Positions 8,087-15,634 of a stretch of DNA of 64,000 nucleotides are shown here, piece by piece. The notes under the pieces were generated by a model that was not told where the DNA came from, searched no databases, and was given only the letters and a program-made list of their open reading frames with translations. The DNA lies in assembly GCF_017640745.1 (NCBI RefSeq), contig NZ_JAEPQA010000005.1, forward strand, positions 25,087-89,086, in the 5' to 3' direction. Both the position numbers and the translations under genes were made by a program. This DNA is from Nisaea sp. (lineage in GTDB: Bacteria > Pseudomonadota > Alphaproteobacteria > Thalassobaculales > Thalassobaculaceae). The first letter of the stretch is position 1. The number at the start of each line of letters is the position of its first letter.

Positions 8087-11000
8087 CTAGTTCGTCGCGC
8101 TCAGCGGCTTGTCTTTCAGCCTGTCCCGATAGGAACTGAGGAACGCCTGGAAGCGTCCGATCTCGCCGAACCGGTCCGCTAGTGTGCGGAAATCGTCCAG
8201 CTCTCCCTCGGTCTTGTTCGTGATCAGGCGGAAAGCCTCGCGGAAAGGCGTGTTATCCATCTGCTGGGTATAGACCTGCCGGATCCGGCTCAGCTGATCG
8301 AGATTGTTGCTGAGCGAAAGCGAGACCGCCCAGTTCAGGATCAGGTTCGCGGCCTGCTCGTCGATCCGGCGGCCATCACGGCCGGAGCGGCCGACGAGCC
8401 GTTCGAAGACCTCAGCCGCCTGGGCCCAGCGCTGGGTGCGCCAGAAGATATCGGCACGCAGCAGATCCGCGTCCCGGCTATCGTCCCCCGAGAGCAGGCG
8501 GAGCGCACCGTCGGCATCGCCGAGCTCGAATTCGCCCCGGGCGCGCAGACGCTTGCGCTCGAGAGCGAGCTCCGCGCCGAGCCCCGGCGCAACACTCTCG
8601 TCGAGCGCACTGAGCGCTTCTTCCGGCCGCCGGTCCAGCAGCCGGATCAGGGCCAGGCGCGCACCGACCCTGGCCTTGTCCTCGCCCTGCAGGCGGAACT
8701 TCACCTGCCGCTCCAGAAGGATCGATGCCCGGTCGAGCAGATCGACCTGCACCAGCCGGTCCGCCAGACGCTGGATGATCTCGTCGCCGCGCGCGCCGAC
8801 AGGAGTCAGCTCGCGGAACTGGTCATAGAGGGACAGCGCCTGGATCGGCGTCATCTTGTCCGACTCGCCTTCGGTGAAGATCTTCGCGAAGGCGTCGGTC
8901 ATTTCTTCCGCCACCTGATCCGCATAGAGATTTTCCGGGAAGAAGGTCACAGCCTCGCGCAACGCGCTCAGCCCTTCCACATATTCGCCTTCCTCCAGGT
9001 AGAGCCGGCCGAGCTCGCGCAGCAGGTCGAACTCCACCTGATCGCCGCGCCAGGTGTATCTGAGGCTCTCGAGCCCGGTGATCGCATCGGTGCGGCTCAG
9101 CGTTCCGTTCCGCAGCCCGTGCTCGATCAGCGCGCGTTCGGAGCGGACGCGGGCCCAGCGGTCCAGGTCCTGCGACAGGCTGCGCCAGAAGTCGAGCGCC
9201 GTGTCCGTATCTCCGGACGCATAGAGAACCCTGCCGCGCAGGTAGTTCAAACGGGCCTGCTCACCCGGAGTGGGCTGGCCGTCGGCGACCACGTCGATGA
9301 AGGCGCCGGCGCCGCGGAAGTCTCCCGCCCGGATCGCCGCTTCCGCCGCCAGCAGCGCCATCTGCGTCGCCATATTCCGGGGATAGCCTCCAGGAATCTC
9401 GCCGGCACGCGAGAAATGCTCGACCGCTTCCGGCCAGCGCCCCTGCGAAGCCTTGGTCGCACCGCGCCAGAGCTCGGCTTCGGACAGTCCGTTGAGGCTG
9501 CGGTCCCCAAGATCCTCCTCGGCCTCCTTGAACCGGCCAAGCATGAACTGGGCCGCGCCTCGCAAGGCTTTCACATCCGGCCGACGGGCGAGATCCTCGT
9601 CTTCCACCTCGATGGTCCGGAGCAGTCCCATCGCTTCCGCGGCAAGCCCGTGCGCGAAGTAAAAATGCGCCAGTTCCAGGCGCGGACCACTTCGCGCGAT
9701 GCTGGTCGCCTCGGAAATCCGGCGCTGGATCTCCTGCTTGTTTTCGAGAAACCGGTCGATATCGCCCTTGCGCCAGTTGCTGAAATCAAAGATCCGTCCG
9801 GGCGGAAGTCCTGGCGGCAGGCCGTCGATGCGCTGTGCGACCTGATCGTCCGTCGACTGCTGCACCGCGCGCGAAATGGTCAGGCCGCCGGTCTTGGTGA
9901 TCGCCACCCCGTCGGGCAGAGAGCGGATGGTGATATCGTCGGCAAAAGGCTGGACGACGAGACCCTGCGCCGTGTTCAGGAGATTGAACTCGGCGAATTG
10001 GCGGAGCCCGTCGACGCCGCGGCTGAGCGATGCGACCGGCACCACGAACAACTGATCACCGATTTCAGGATCCCGCATAGTCACCGTCGGACTGTGATCC
10101 TCCAGATGCACGAAGACCCGCGGTCCCTGTGCGCTCACCAGCTGGGTGTCGACCCGTAGCGGAACATCCGGCCGGCTGTTCTGCGGCCGGAAATCGACAA
10201 TCCAGACCGCGTTGTCGCGCCAGACCCGTGGATTGACCCCTTCGACCGTCGGGAACCGGACCGCCGAACCGCCGTTCACGGGAACCTGCGCCTTGGCGCC
10301 AAGCAACTGGAAGTCGGCTTTCTCCAGCGCCGTCATGTCGAACTGGGCCTGGGCGCCGAACACGACCCACACATAGCCCGCCCGGGAAAAGACCGCTGCG
10401 GCCACCGGCTGGGTCCATTCGAAACGGACGGAAACAATGCTGTTGTCGAGACTGGCGGTGACGGGAATGACGGGACCGCTGATCGTCGCGGCATCTCCCG
10501 CGCTGAGGCTTCGCACAAGCGAGGCGCCGTCTTTCATCAATGCCTTGAGGTCAACGTCCTGGAGCCGCGTCGCCGTCCCGAAGGCGTCCGGCTCCCGTTC
10601 GATCCTCGCCGGCGCCGGAGCAGAAGGTGCCGGTACCATTCCCGCGACGCCCGGAGCGGCGCCACGCCCTTCGACGGCCGCAGGCTGCGTATTCGTGTCG
10701 GCTGGAGCTGGAGTTTCCGGCGCCGCGGCGGGTTCCGGTGCGCGCGGCGACGGAAGAGTCTGAAGGCCAAACTGCTGCGCGACCTTCTGTGCCGTGTCGG
10801 TCGCCTGTGCCGGCGGGACCTCAGCGGTGACGGGCGCGGTCGGAGCCGCTTTCGGCACCGGAACATCCGACGGCGCGCCGATGCCCGTCCGGCTGGGCTC
10901 CGCGCCGGCGACGACATCCAGCACGACCCGGGTTCCGGTCGTGAAATGGCGAATCCCGTCACGCGCCTGCAACGGTATGGTCACCTCGATCGCGGTCGCG

Positions 11001-11752
11001 CCGGGATCCGAGGTGAAGCTCTTGAAACGCTCGGGCAGCCGGGCACGGAGCTCGGCATCATCGATCCAGGCCGGGCGGGCAAAGGTCAGAACCGCACGGT
11101 CGGGCTGTTCGGAAACCGTGTAAGGCGTGTCGGCCGTCCAGTCGAAGACGAACCGGAAATAGCGGTCATGCGCGCCGGTACGGACGGTGAGAATCGGCTG
11201 ATTGGAACCTCGCGGCGCGGGTGGCGGCGGTTCGGCGCGCTGGGGAGCTGAGGCAGAGGGTGCCGCGGCTGGAGCTGGAGCCGAAGCCGGCGCGGACTGT
11301 GCCGGCGCTGCCGCCGGAGCAGGAGCAGGTGCCGGCGGAGCCGCCGCGTTGCGATCATAGAAATCGAGGACAACCGAGTTTCCGTCCCGGCGCGAACGGA
11401 ACCGGGGATTTCCGGAGAGGTCTATCAGTACCGTCCGGTTGTCGGAATCGAGGCTGACGGCACTGACATAATTACCGATACCGCCCGCAACAGGGCCGAA
11501 ATTCGCCGACACGGTGCGATCGAAGCTGACAGCAAGTGTGGACCCGAACTTCTGAGCCGAATAGCCGACCCTGGCCGGCCAGTCGAAGCGAATGCTGTCG
11601 ACACCGTTCCGACTGGCTCCCGACACCGCGACTTGCTGGGCCACCACATCGGCTGCGAACGCGACCGACATGCACATGAGGGCAAGGAACAGAGCAAGTG
11701 CGCGGAACATGCGGGACGCACCCGACACAGGAGTTTTGCGGGAAACGATCAT
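8087..11752 (-). CDS. 1221-aa secreted protein: three beta-rich AMIN-like modules with Pro/Ala linkers plus a C-terminal TPR-like solenoid; candidate periplasmic stator/motor scaffold
   Basis: Its ATG overlaps the motB stop (ATGA at 11749-11752). A signal peptide is present (MFRALALFLALMCMSVAFA). Three repeated modules are visible: SIRFDWPARV...RTVLIDLSG, YFRFVFDWTAD...TRVVLDVVAG and IVSVRFEWTQPV...AVWIVDFRP. The C-terminal ~570 aa are Ala/Leu/Arg/Glu helical repeats. The coding call is solid; the function is inferred. Confidence 0.75.
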   Translation of the reverse strand: MIVSRKTPVSGASRMFRALALFLALMCMSVAFAADVVAQQVAVSGASRNGVDSIRFDWPARVGYSAQKFGSTLAVSFDRTVSANFGPVAGGIGNYVSAVSLDSDNRTVLIDLSGNPRFRSRRDGNSVVLDFYDRNAAAPPAPAPAPAAAPAQSAPASAPAPAAAPSASAPQRAEPPPPAPRGSNQPILTVRTGAHDRYFRFVFDWTADTPYTVSEQPDRAVLTFARPAWIDDAELRARLPERFKSFTSDPGATAIEVTIPLQARDGIRHFTTGTRVVLDVVAGAEPSRTGIGAPSDVPVPKAAPTAPVTAEVPPAQATDTAQKVAQQFGLQTLPSPRAPEPAAAPETPAPADTNTQPAAVEGRGAAPGVAGMVPAPSAPAPARIEREPDAFGTATRLQDVDLKALMKDGASLVRSLSAGDAATISGPVIPVTASLDNSIVSVRFEWTQPVAAAVFSRAGYVWVVFGAQAQFDMTALEKADFQLLGAKAQVPVNGGSAVRFPTVEGVNPRVWRDNAVWIVDFRPQNSRPDVPLRVDTQLVSAQGPRVFVHLEDHSPTVTMRDPEIGDQLFVVPVASLSRGVDGLRQFAEFNLLNTAQGLVVQPFADDITIRSLPDGVAITKTGGLTISRAVQQSTDDQVAQRIDGLPPGLPPGRIFDFSNWRKGDIDRFLENKQEIQRRISEATSIARSGPRLELAHFYFAHGLAAEAMGLLRTIEVEDEDLARRPDVKALRGAAQFMLGRFKEAEEDLGDRSLNGLSEAELWRGATKASQGRWPEAVEHFSRAGEIPGGYPRNMATQMALLAAEAAIRAGDFRGAGAFIDVVADGQPTPGEQARLNYLRGRVLYASGDTDTALDFWRSLSQDLDRWARVRSERALIEHGLRNGTLSRTDAITGLESLRYTWRGDQVEFDLLRELGRLYLEEGEYVEGLSALREAVTFFPENLYADQVAEEMTDAFAKIFTEGESDKMTPIQALSLYDQFRELTPVGARGDEIIQRLADRLVQVDLLDRASILLERQVKFRLQGEDKARVGARLALIRLLDRRPEEALSALDESVAPGLGAELALERKRLRARGEFELGDADGALRLLSGDDSRDADLLRADIFWRTQRWAQAAEVFERLVGRSGRDGRRIDEQAANLILNWAVSLSLSNNLDQLSRIRQVYTQQMDNTPFREAFRLITNKTEGELDDFRTLADRFGEIGRFQAFLSSYRDRLKDKPLSATN

Positions 11753-12471
11753 CTCCGGTCCCGCTCCTTGTAAATCACCAGGTCTACGCGCCGTGCCTGC
11801 CGATACCGCTCCTCTTGATCCAGAGACGGATCGATTTCGCCAAACTTTCCGTCTGCGGCACCCCGAACCTCTACCGGCTTGTCGTAGCCGAATTTCCGCA
11901 GCGCCTCCGCGACCGAAAATGCCCGTGCGAGCGACAGATCCCAGTTCGACGTGAACGCCGCCGTCGGAGAAACGAACGGACGCGGATCGGTATGACCGAC
12001 AATGTCGATGCGATTATCGAGCTGCGAGAGCGCGACCGCGAGATTGAACATCGCGCCTTCGCCCGACGGCAGCAACGCTGCCGACCCCGGACGGAAGAAC
12101 ACATCGCTGGCCATCGAGACCACGAGCCGTCCTCCTTTTGCCGCCACCTTCGCATCCCGGAGAAGCGCATCGCGCGCAAGTTCGGCCCTCAGCAGTTGCT
12201 GGAGGTATCCGAGATCGAACCCCAATCCCGGATCCTCGGACTTGATCGTCTCCGGCATGAGGGACTGGCGCGCCCGAGTCGGGTTCTCGCTGGAGAAGGC
12301 CGATCGCAGCGAGGCGGTGAAGGATTCCCACTGCGGCGCATCGGGCGTCGTCATCGAGAACATGAGAACGAAGAAGGCAAGCAGCAGCGAGACGAGATCG
12401 ACGAATGTCACCATCCAGCTGACACCGTCCCTGTGCTTGCGTCCGTTCCTGCGTGCGGCTGCCCCGCCCAT
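11749..12471 (-). CDS. motB: Flagellar stator protein MotB (OmpA-like peptidoglycan-binding C-terminus)
   Basis: The TM segment WMVTFVDLVSLLLAFFVLMF carries the conserved proton-binding Asp. The OmpA-like C-terminus reads IDIVGHTDPRP..SNWDLSLARAFSVAEALRKFG. Confidence 0.87.
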   Translation of the reverse strand: MGGAAARRNGRKHRDGVSWMVTFVDLVSLLLAFFVLMFSMTTPDAPQWESFTASLRSAFSSENPTRARQSLMPETIKSEDPGLGFDLGYLQQLLRAELARDALLRDAKVAAKGGRLVVSMASDVFFRPGSAALLPSGEGAMFNLAVALSQLDNRIDIVGHTDPRPFVSPTAAFTSNWDLSLARAFSVAEALRKFGYDKPVEVRGAADGKFGEIDPSLDQEERYRQARRVDLVIYKERDRR

Positions 12472-12473
12472 GA

Positions 12474-13109
12474 CTAACGCCGCCCCGCGGTGCCGAGATC
12501 GACGGCGATGCGCATGGTGCCGCGCGGCATCTCGCGAAATCCGATTGAAATTCCGGACCGCGGCGCCCCCATCCCGATCAGGATCTCCGCCAAGCGCGCC
12601 GCGCGCAACTGTGCGAGCTCACGCTCGGCATCCGCCGCCGGATAGGAGAACCAGAACCGGACCTCGGCCGCGCTCCGCGCAACTTCCCGTGCCAGAATCG
12701 GCGCGATCCGCGTGGCGAATTTCCGGAAATCATGACTGGGATCGATCCCCCGACCCTCGAAGAGCTTGCCGGTTTCGAAATCGATATAGACGGGATTGCC
12801 GTTCCGCTCCTCGGTCAGCCAGGTGACGCTCAGCAACGGGCTGAAAGCTTCGAAGACCTCATCTTTCAGGCCCGCATCCGCGTTCTTTCCGGGCTCGCCC
12901 TCGAAGACGCCGGTCCCGGTGCCGCCTTCCAGAACGGAGGCGAAACTGGCGCGCACGCTGTCGAGCACGCCATCGCTCTTGCCGGACACTCTGGTGGAGA
13001 TCGAATTGAGAAATATGAAGAACGCGAGGAGCAACAGAAACAGGCTCAGAAACAGCGGCAGGCTGCCGAGTTGGCTCGTTCCACGTGCCTTGTCGTCGCT
13101 TCGGACCAT
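12474..13109 (-). CDS. MotB-like single-pass membrane protein lacking the conserved channel Asp (degenerate stator paralog)
   Basis: Its TM segment LPLFLSLFLLLLAFFIFLNS aligns with the MotB TM segment but has Ser where MotB has Asp. The C-terminus keeps only a faint OmpA-like trace (AARLAEILIGMGAPRSGISIGF). It sits 2 nt upstream of motB. Confidence 0.6.
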   Translation of the reverse strand: MVRSDDKARGTSQLGSLPLFLSLFLLLLAFFIFLNSISTRVSGKSDGVLDSVRASFASVLEGGTGTGVFEGEPGKNADAGLKDEVFEAFSPLLSVTWLTEERNGNPVYIDFETGKLFEGRGIDPSHDFRKFATRIAPILAREVARSAAEVRFWFSYPAADAERELAQLRAARLAEILIGMGAPRSGISIGFREMPRGTMRIAVDLGTAGRR

Positions 13110-13112
13110 AAA

Positions 13113-13613
13113 TTACTTGTCGAGTTGGTCCATCAGCGCATCAATTTCTTCCTGGGTCTTTGCATCGGAAGGCAGCTGAGGACCGTTCAACAAACCCTCT
13201 TCTGAGAACGGTTCACCGCCTGATTTTTCAACATTTTCCGTATGTTTGTCACGATTTCTTTTCGCCTCGGATGAAGCGGGACCGTGACCGTGGCCCGTAT
13301 GGGACATGACCGCTTCCACACGGTCGGCGACGCTGTTGAGCGTCTTGTGGATTCGCCCGACCCTCTGGCCGGTCAGATCCTGGAAGCCGCAAGCCTCGAA
13401 AATCTCGACGATGGCCTCACCGACGGCCTCGGAAACCTCCTCCGACATGCCCTCGCGCAAAGCGTCAATCTTCTCGACGGCCGTCAGGATTTTCTCCGCC
13501 GCGGCCTCGGCGACGGAGGTGACGGCATCCAGTTCGAGTGCCGCTTCCGGCAACAGGTCGTCGCGGATTCCGTCTTTGGCCATCGAACTCCCCCCGTTGC
13601 GACGGTCTGACAA
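13113..13613 (-). CDS. cheZ: CheY-P phosphatase CheZ (short form, 166 aa)
   Basis: The active-site block ACGFQDLTGQRVGRI matches E. coli ..DFQDLTGQ.. (D143/Q147). LLNGPQ is also shared with E. coli CheZ. The C-terminal peptide TQEEIDALMDQLDK resembles the CheY-binding tail SQDQVDDLLDSLGF. It lies directly downstream of a cheY. Confidence 0.85.
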   Translation of the reverse strand: MSDRRNGGSSMAKDGIRDDLLPEAALELDAVTSVAEAAAEKILTAVEKIDALREGMSEEVSEAVGEAIVEIFEACGFQDLTGQRVGRIHKTLNSVADRVEAVMSHTGHGHGPASSEAKRNRDKHTENVEKSGGEPFSEEGLLNGPQLPSDAKTQEEIDALMDQLDK

Positions 13614-13627
13614 GGTAGTCGGCGCGA

Positions 13628-14023
13628 TTAGAACGCGCCGATCACCGCAGTCATTTTGGTCTTGAGAGTCGCGGCATTGAACGGCTTCACGATGTAATTG
13701 TTCACACCGGCCTGTTTCGCCGCGACAACGTTCTCGGTCTTGCTCTCGGCAGTGACCATGATGAACGGTGTACTCTTCAGTTTCGCATCTGCCCGAACTT
13801 CCTTCAGCAGCTGCAGACCGGTCATCGGCTCCATGTTCCAGTCGGAAATCACGAGCCCGTATTCCTCGCCGCGACGCAGCATCTGCAAAGCCTGGCTGCC
13901 GTCGCTCGCTTCATCCACATTGTTGAAGCCAAGCTGCTTTAGAAGGTTCCGAATAATGCGCAGCATTGTCTTGTAGTCATCGACAATGAGGATCTTCATG
14001 CCCTTGTCGACCGCCATCGGCAC
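13628..14023 (-). CDS. cheY: Chemotaxis response regulator CheY
   Basis: Single receiver domain. Motifs are KILIVDD, LVISDWNMEPMTG (E. coli FVISDWNMPNMDG), MVTAE and NNYIVKPF. The start codon is GTG at 14023; internal ATGs lie a few codons later. Confidence 0.92.
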   Translation of the reverse strand: MPMAVDKGMKILIVDDYKTMLRIIRNLLKQLGFNNVDEASDGSQALQMLRRGEEYGLVISDWNMEPMTGLQLLKEVRADAKLKSTPFIMVTAESKTENVVAAKQAGVNNYIVKPFNAATLKTKMTAVIGAF

Positions 14024-14096
14024 CTCTCCATCTCGTAAAAACCCGGATCGCGTCCGGCTTCAGATTAACCAACAGCCAGACACTAACCTCATCCTA

Positions 14097-14111
14097 TTAA
14101 AAGGTCGTTAA
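14097..14111. promoter_or_regulatory. Perfect CtrA-type box TTAA-N7-TTAA upstream of the cheY-cheZ-motB operon
   Basis: Reads TTAAaaggtcgTTAA, 74-88 bp upstream of the cheY start. A TTAACCAA half-site-like sequence lies at 14065-14072. ctrA is encoded in this window. Confidence 0.5.
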
Positions 14112-14219
14112 TGCCTGATATGCCGATGAAATACTGCCAATTGCAGGGTCTCGGCAAGTTTCGTCTGATCTTTCGGCCCGATATCCCGGCTGACAGCGTC
14201 TCGCGGGAAATGGTCCGGT

Positions 14220-15077
14220 TCAGTTCGTCGTGACAGGAATGGTCTTGCGTTCCGCGATTCGGGAAGTCACTTCCTTCGCCTTTTGCGGACGCATGTTGGC
14301 CAGGACGGGTGCCGACTTCGAGGCCTTCATCCGATCGAACACCCGCAGCAGAATGTCCATGTCCAGTTCGTCGAAGATCCGTGCCGCATCCTGCGGCTTC
14401 ATCTTCTCGTAGATCGCGACGAGGCCCTTGATCTCCTCTTCCTCCTGCTCATCGTAGGTCTTGATGAGCCCTTCGATCTCGGCACGGACTTTCTCGAGTT
14501 CGACGATCTTCTTCTCGATACGGTCTTCCGCCGCGGTCAGCAGACCTTCCTTCTGGATCACCGCCTGCTCGCGCGCGTCGAGTTCCTTGCGGCGTTTGGA
14601 AAGATCCTGCAGCAACTCGATTTCCGAACGGGTGAAAAGCACCGGGTCGAGCGGCTTGTCCCCCTCGCTCTTCGGGGCCGGTTCCGTCGCCTGAGCAATC
14701 TGCTCCGGTTCCTTTGCGGCTTGCGCCACCGGTTCCGCTGCCGGGCTGTCCGCCTCGGCGAAGGCCGCGACACTCACCGGCGAACGGCCGCTCGCAAGGG
14801 TTTCCCATATGCCGGCGACCTTGACGCTGATCAGCAGGAACGCGACGAAAACCACGACCGGCAAGACACGGATAACGGCCCGTGAGCGTCCGGAGACGGG
14901 ACGTGGCTGTCCTGCCTGGCGGGGATCGTGCGCTCCGGCAGCCTTGACCGGTTTTCCTTTCGCGGGCTGCTTGCCCTTGACCGGCCGGCCGCCCTGGATC
15001 CGGGCAGCATTCGGGGTCGCCGACTGCGCCTCGGGATCTATCGTCTGGGCTTTTCTGCCTCGTCGGTCATATGCCAT
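14220..15077 (-). CDS. MotE-family / MgtE_N-like flagellar motor accessory protein
   Basis: 285 aa: a basic N-terminus, one TM helix (VLPVVVFVAFLLISVKVAGIW), a coiled coil, then the C-terminal pattern KPQDAARIFDELDMDILLRVFDRMKASKSAPVLANMRPQKAKEVT. As I recall, that pattern is typical of MotE/FlbB-type proteins. Confidence 0.6.
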   Translation of the reverse strand: MAYDRRGRKAQTIDPEAQSATPNAARIQGGRPVKGKQPAKGKPVKAAGAHDPRQAGQPRPVSGRSRAVIRVLPVVVFVAFLLISVKVAGIWETLASGRSPVSVAAFAEADSPAAEPVAQAAKEPEQIAQATEPAPKSEGDKPLDPVLFTRSEIELLQDLSKRRKELDAREQAVIQKEGLLTAAEDRIEKKIVELEKVRAEIEGLIKTYDEQEEEEIKGLVAIYEKMKPQDAARIFDELDMDILLRVFDRMKASKSAPVLANMRPQKAKEVTSRIAERKTIPVTTN

Positions 15078-15625
15078 CAGCGTGCGTTCCTCAGTGCTTT
15101 GAGCAGTTCTTCCTCGGCTTCAGATCGCGGCGCGGAGCCGGCATGATCCGAAGCGGGCTCACCTCGCCCGGAGGAGGTTGCGCGGGACGGTTCCGGACCG
15201 CGCCGCACCGGTGCGCCCGGCCGCTTCGCCGCCGGTTTCTTGGCCGGGTCCGGCCGCGGACCCGCAGCGGCGGCGCCAGCGTTTGACTGCACGACTGACG
15301 TCCCTTCACTCGCATTCGCAAGCCGCCCAGCTACGATATCGGCACGCTCGACCAGAAAGGCAAGTTCGTCGCGCAATGCTTCCGCTTTCGAGGCGGCATC
15401 CTTGAATACGGACTTGCCGTTCTCGCCGGCGCTCCGCAGCCCCGCCGTCGCCGCCTCGGCGCGGGCGCAGGCCACGTTCAGCTTGTCGACGAAAACTTCC
15501 ATTTCGTCGTGATTGCCGCGCAACCGGTTCAGTTTCCGGTTGAGGATCATCGCGTAGACGATCGTCGCAAGGAGCAGCACGACCAACAGGCCGTCCAGTA
15601 CCAGAGGCAGGACCGTGTTCATCAT
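15077..15625 (-). CDS. Hypothetical membrane-anchored coiled-coil protein between fliM and the motE-like gene
   Basis: 182 aa with an N-terminal TM helix (VLPLVLDGLLVVLLLATIVYAMIL), a helical region and a Pro/Ala/Arg-rich tail. Its stop overlaps the next gene's start by 1 nt. I recognise no family with confidence. Confidence 0.6.
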   Translation of the reverse strand: MMNTVLPLVLDGLLVVLLLATIVYAMILNRKLNRLRGNHDEMEVFVDKLNVACARAEAATAGLRSAGENGKSVFKDAASKAEALRDELAFLVERADIVAGRLANASEGTSVVQSNAGAAAAGPRPDPAKKPAAKRPGAPVRRGPEPSRATSSGRGEPASDHAGSAPRSEAEEELLKALRNAR

Positions 15626-15634
15626 GCCGCGTGC

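Noticed and set aside
14122-14129. GCCGATGA, resembling the sigma28 -10 element GCCGATAA
   Set aside because: The nearest TAAA is 20 nt upstream rather than about 15. It is on the plus strand, where no gene follows. No fliA is seen in the window, and the regulatory parts list is Caulobacter-like, which lacks sigma28.
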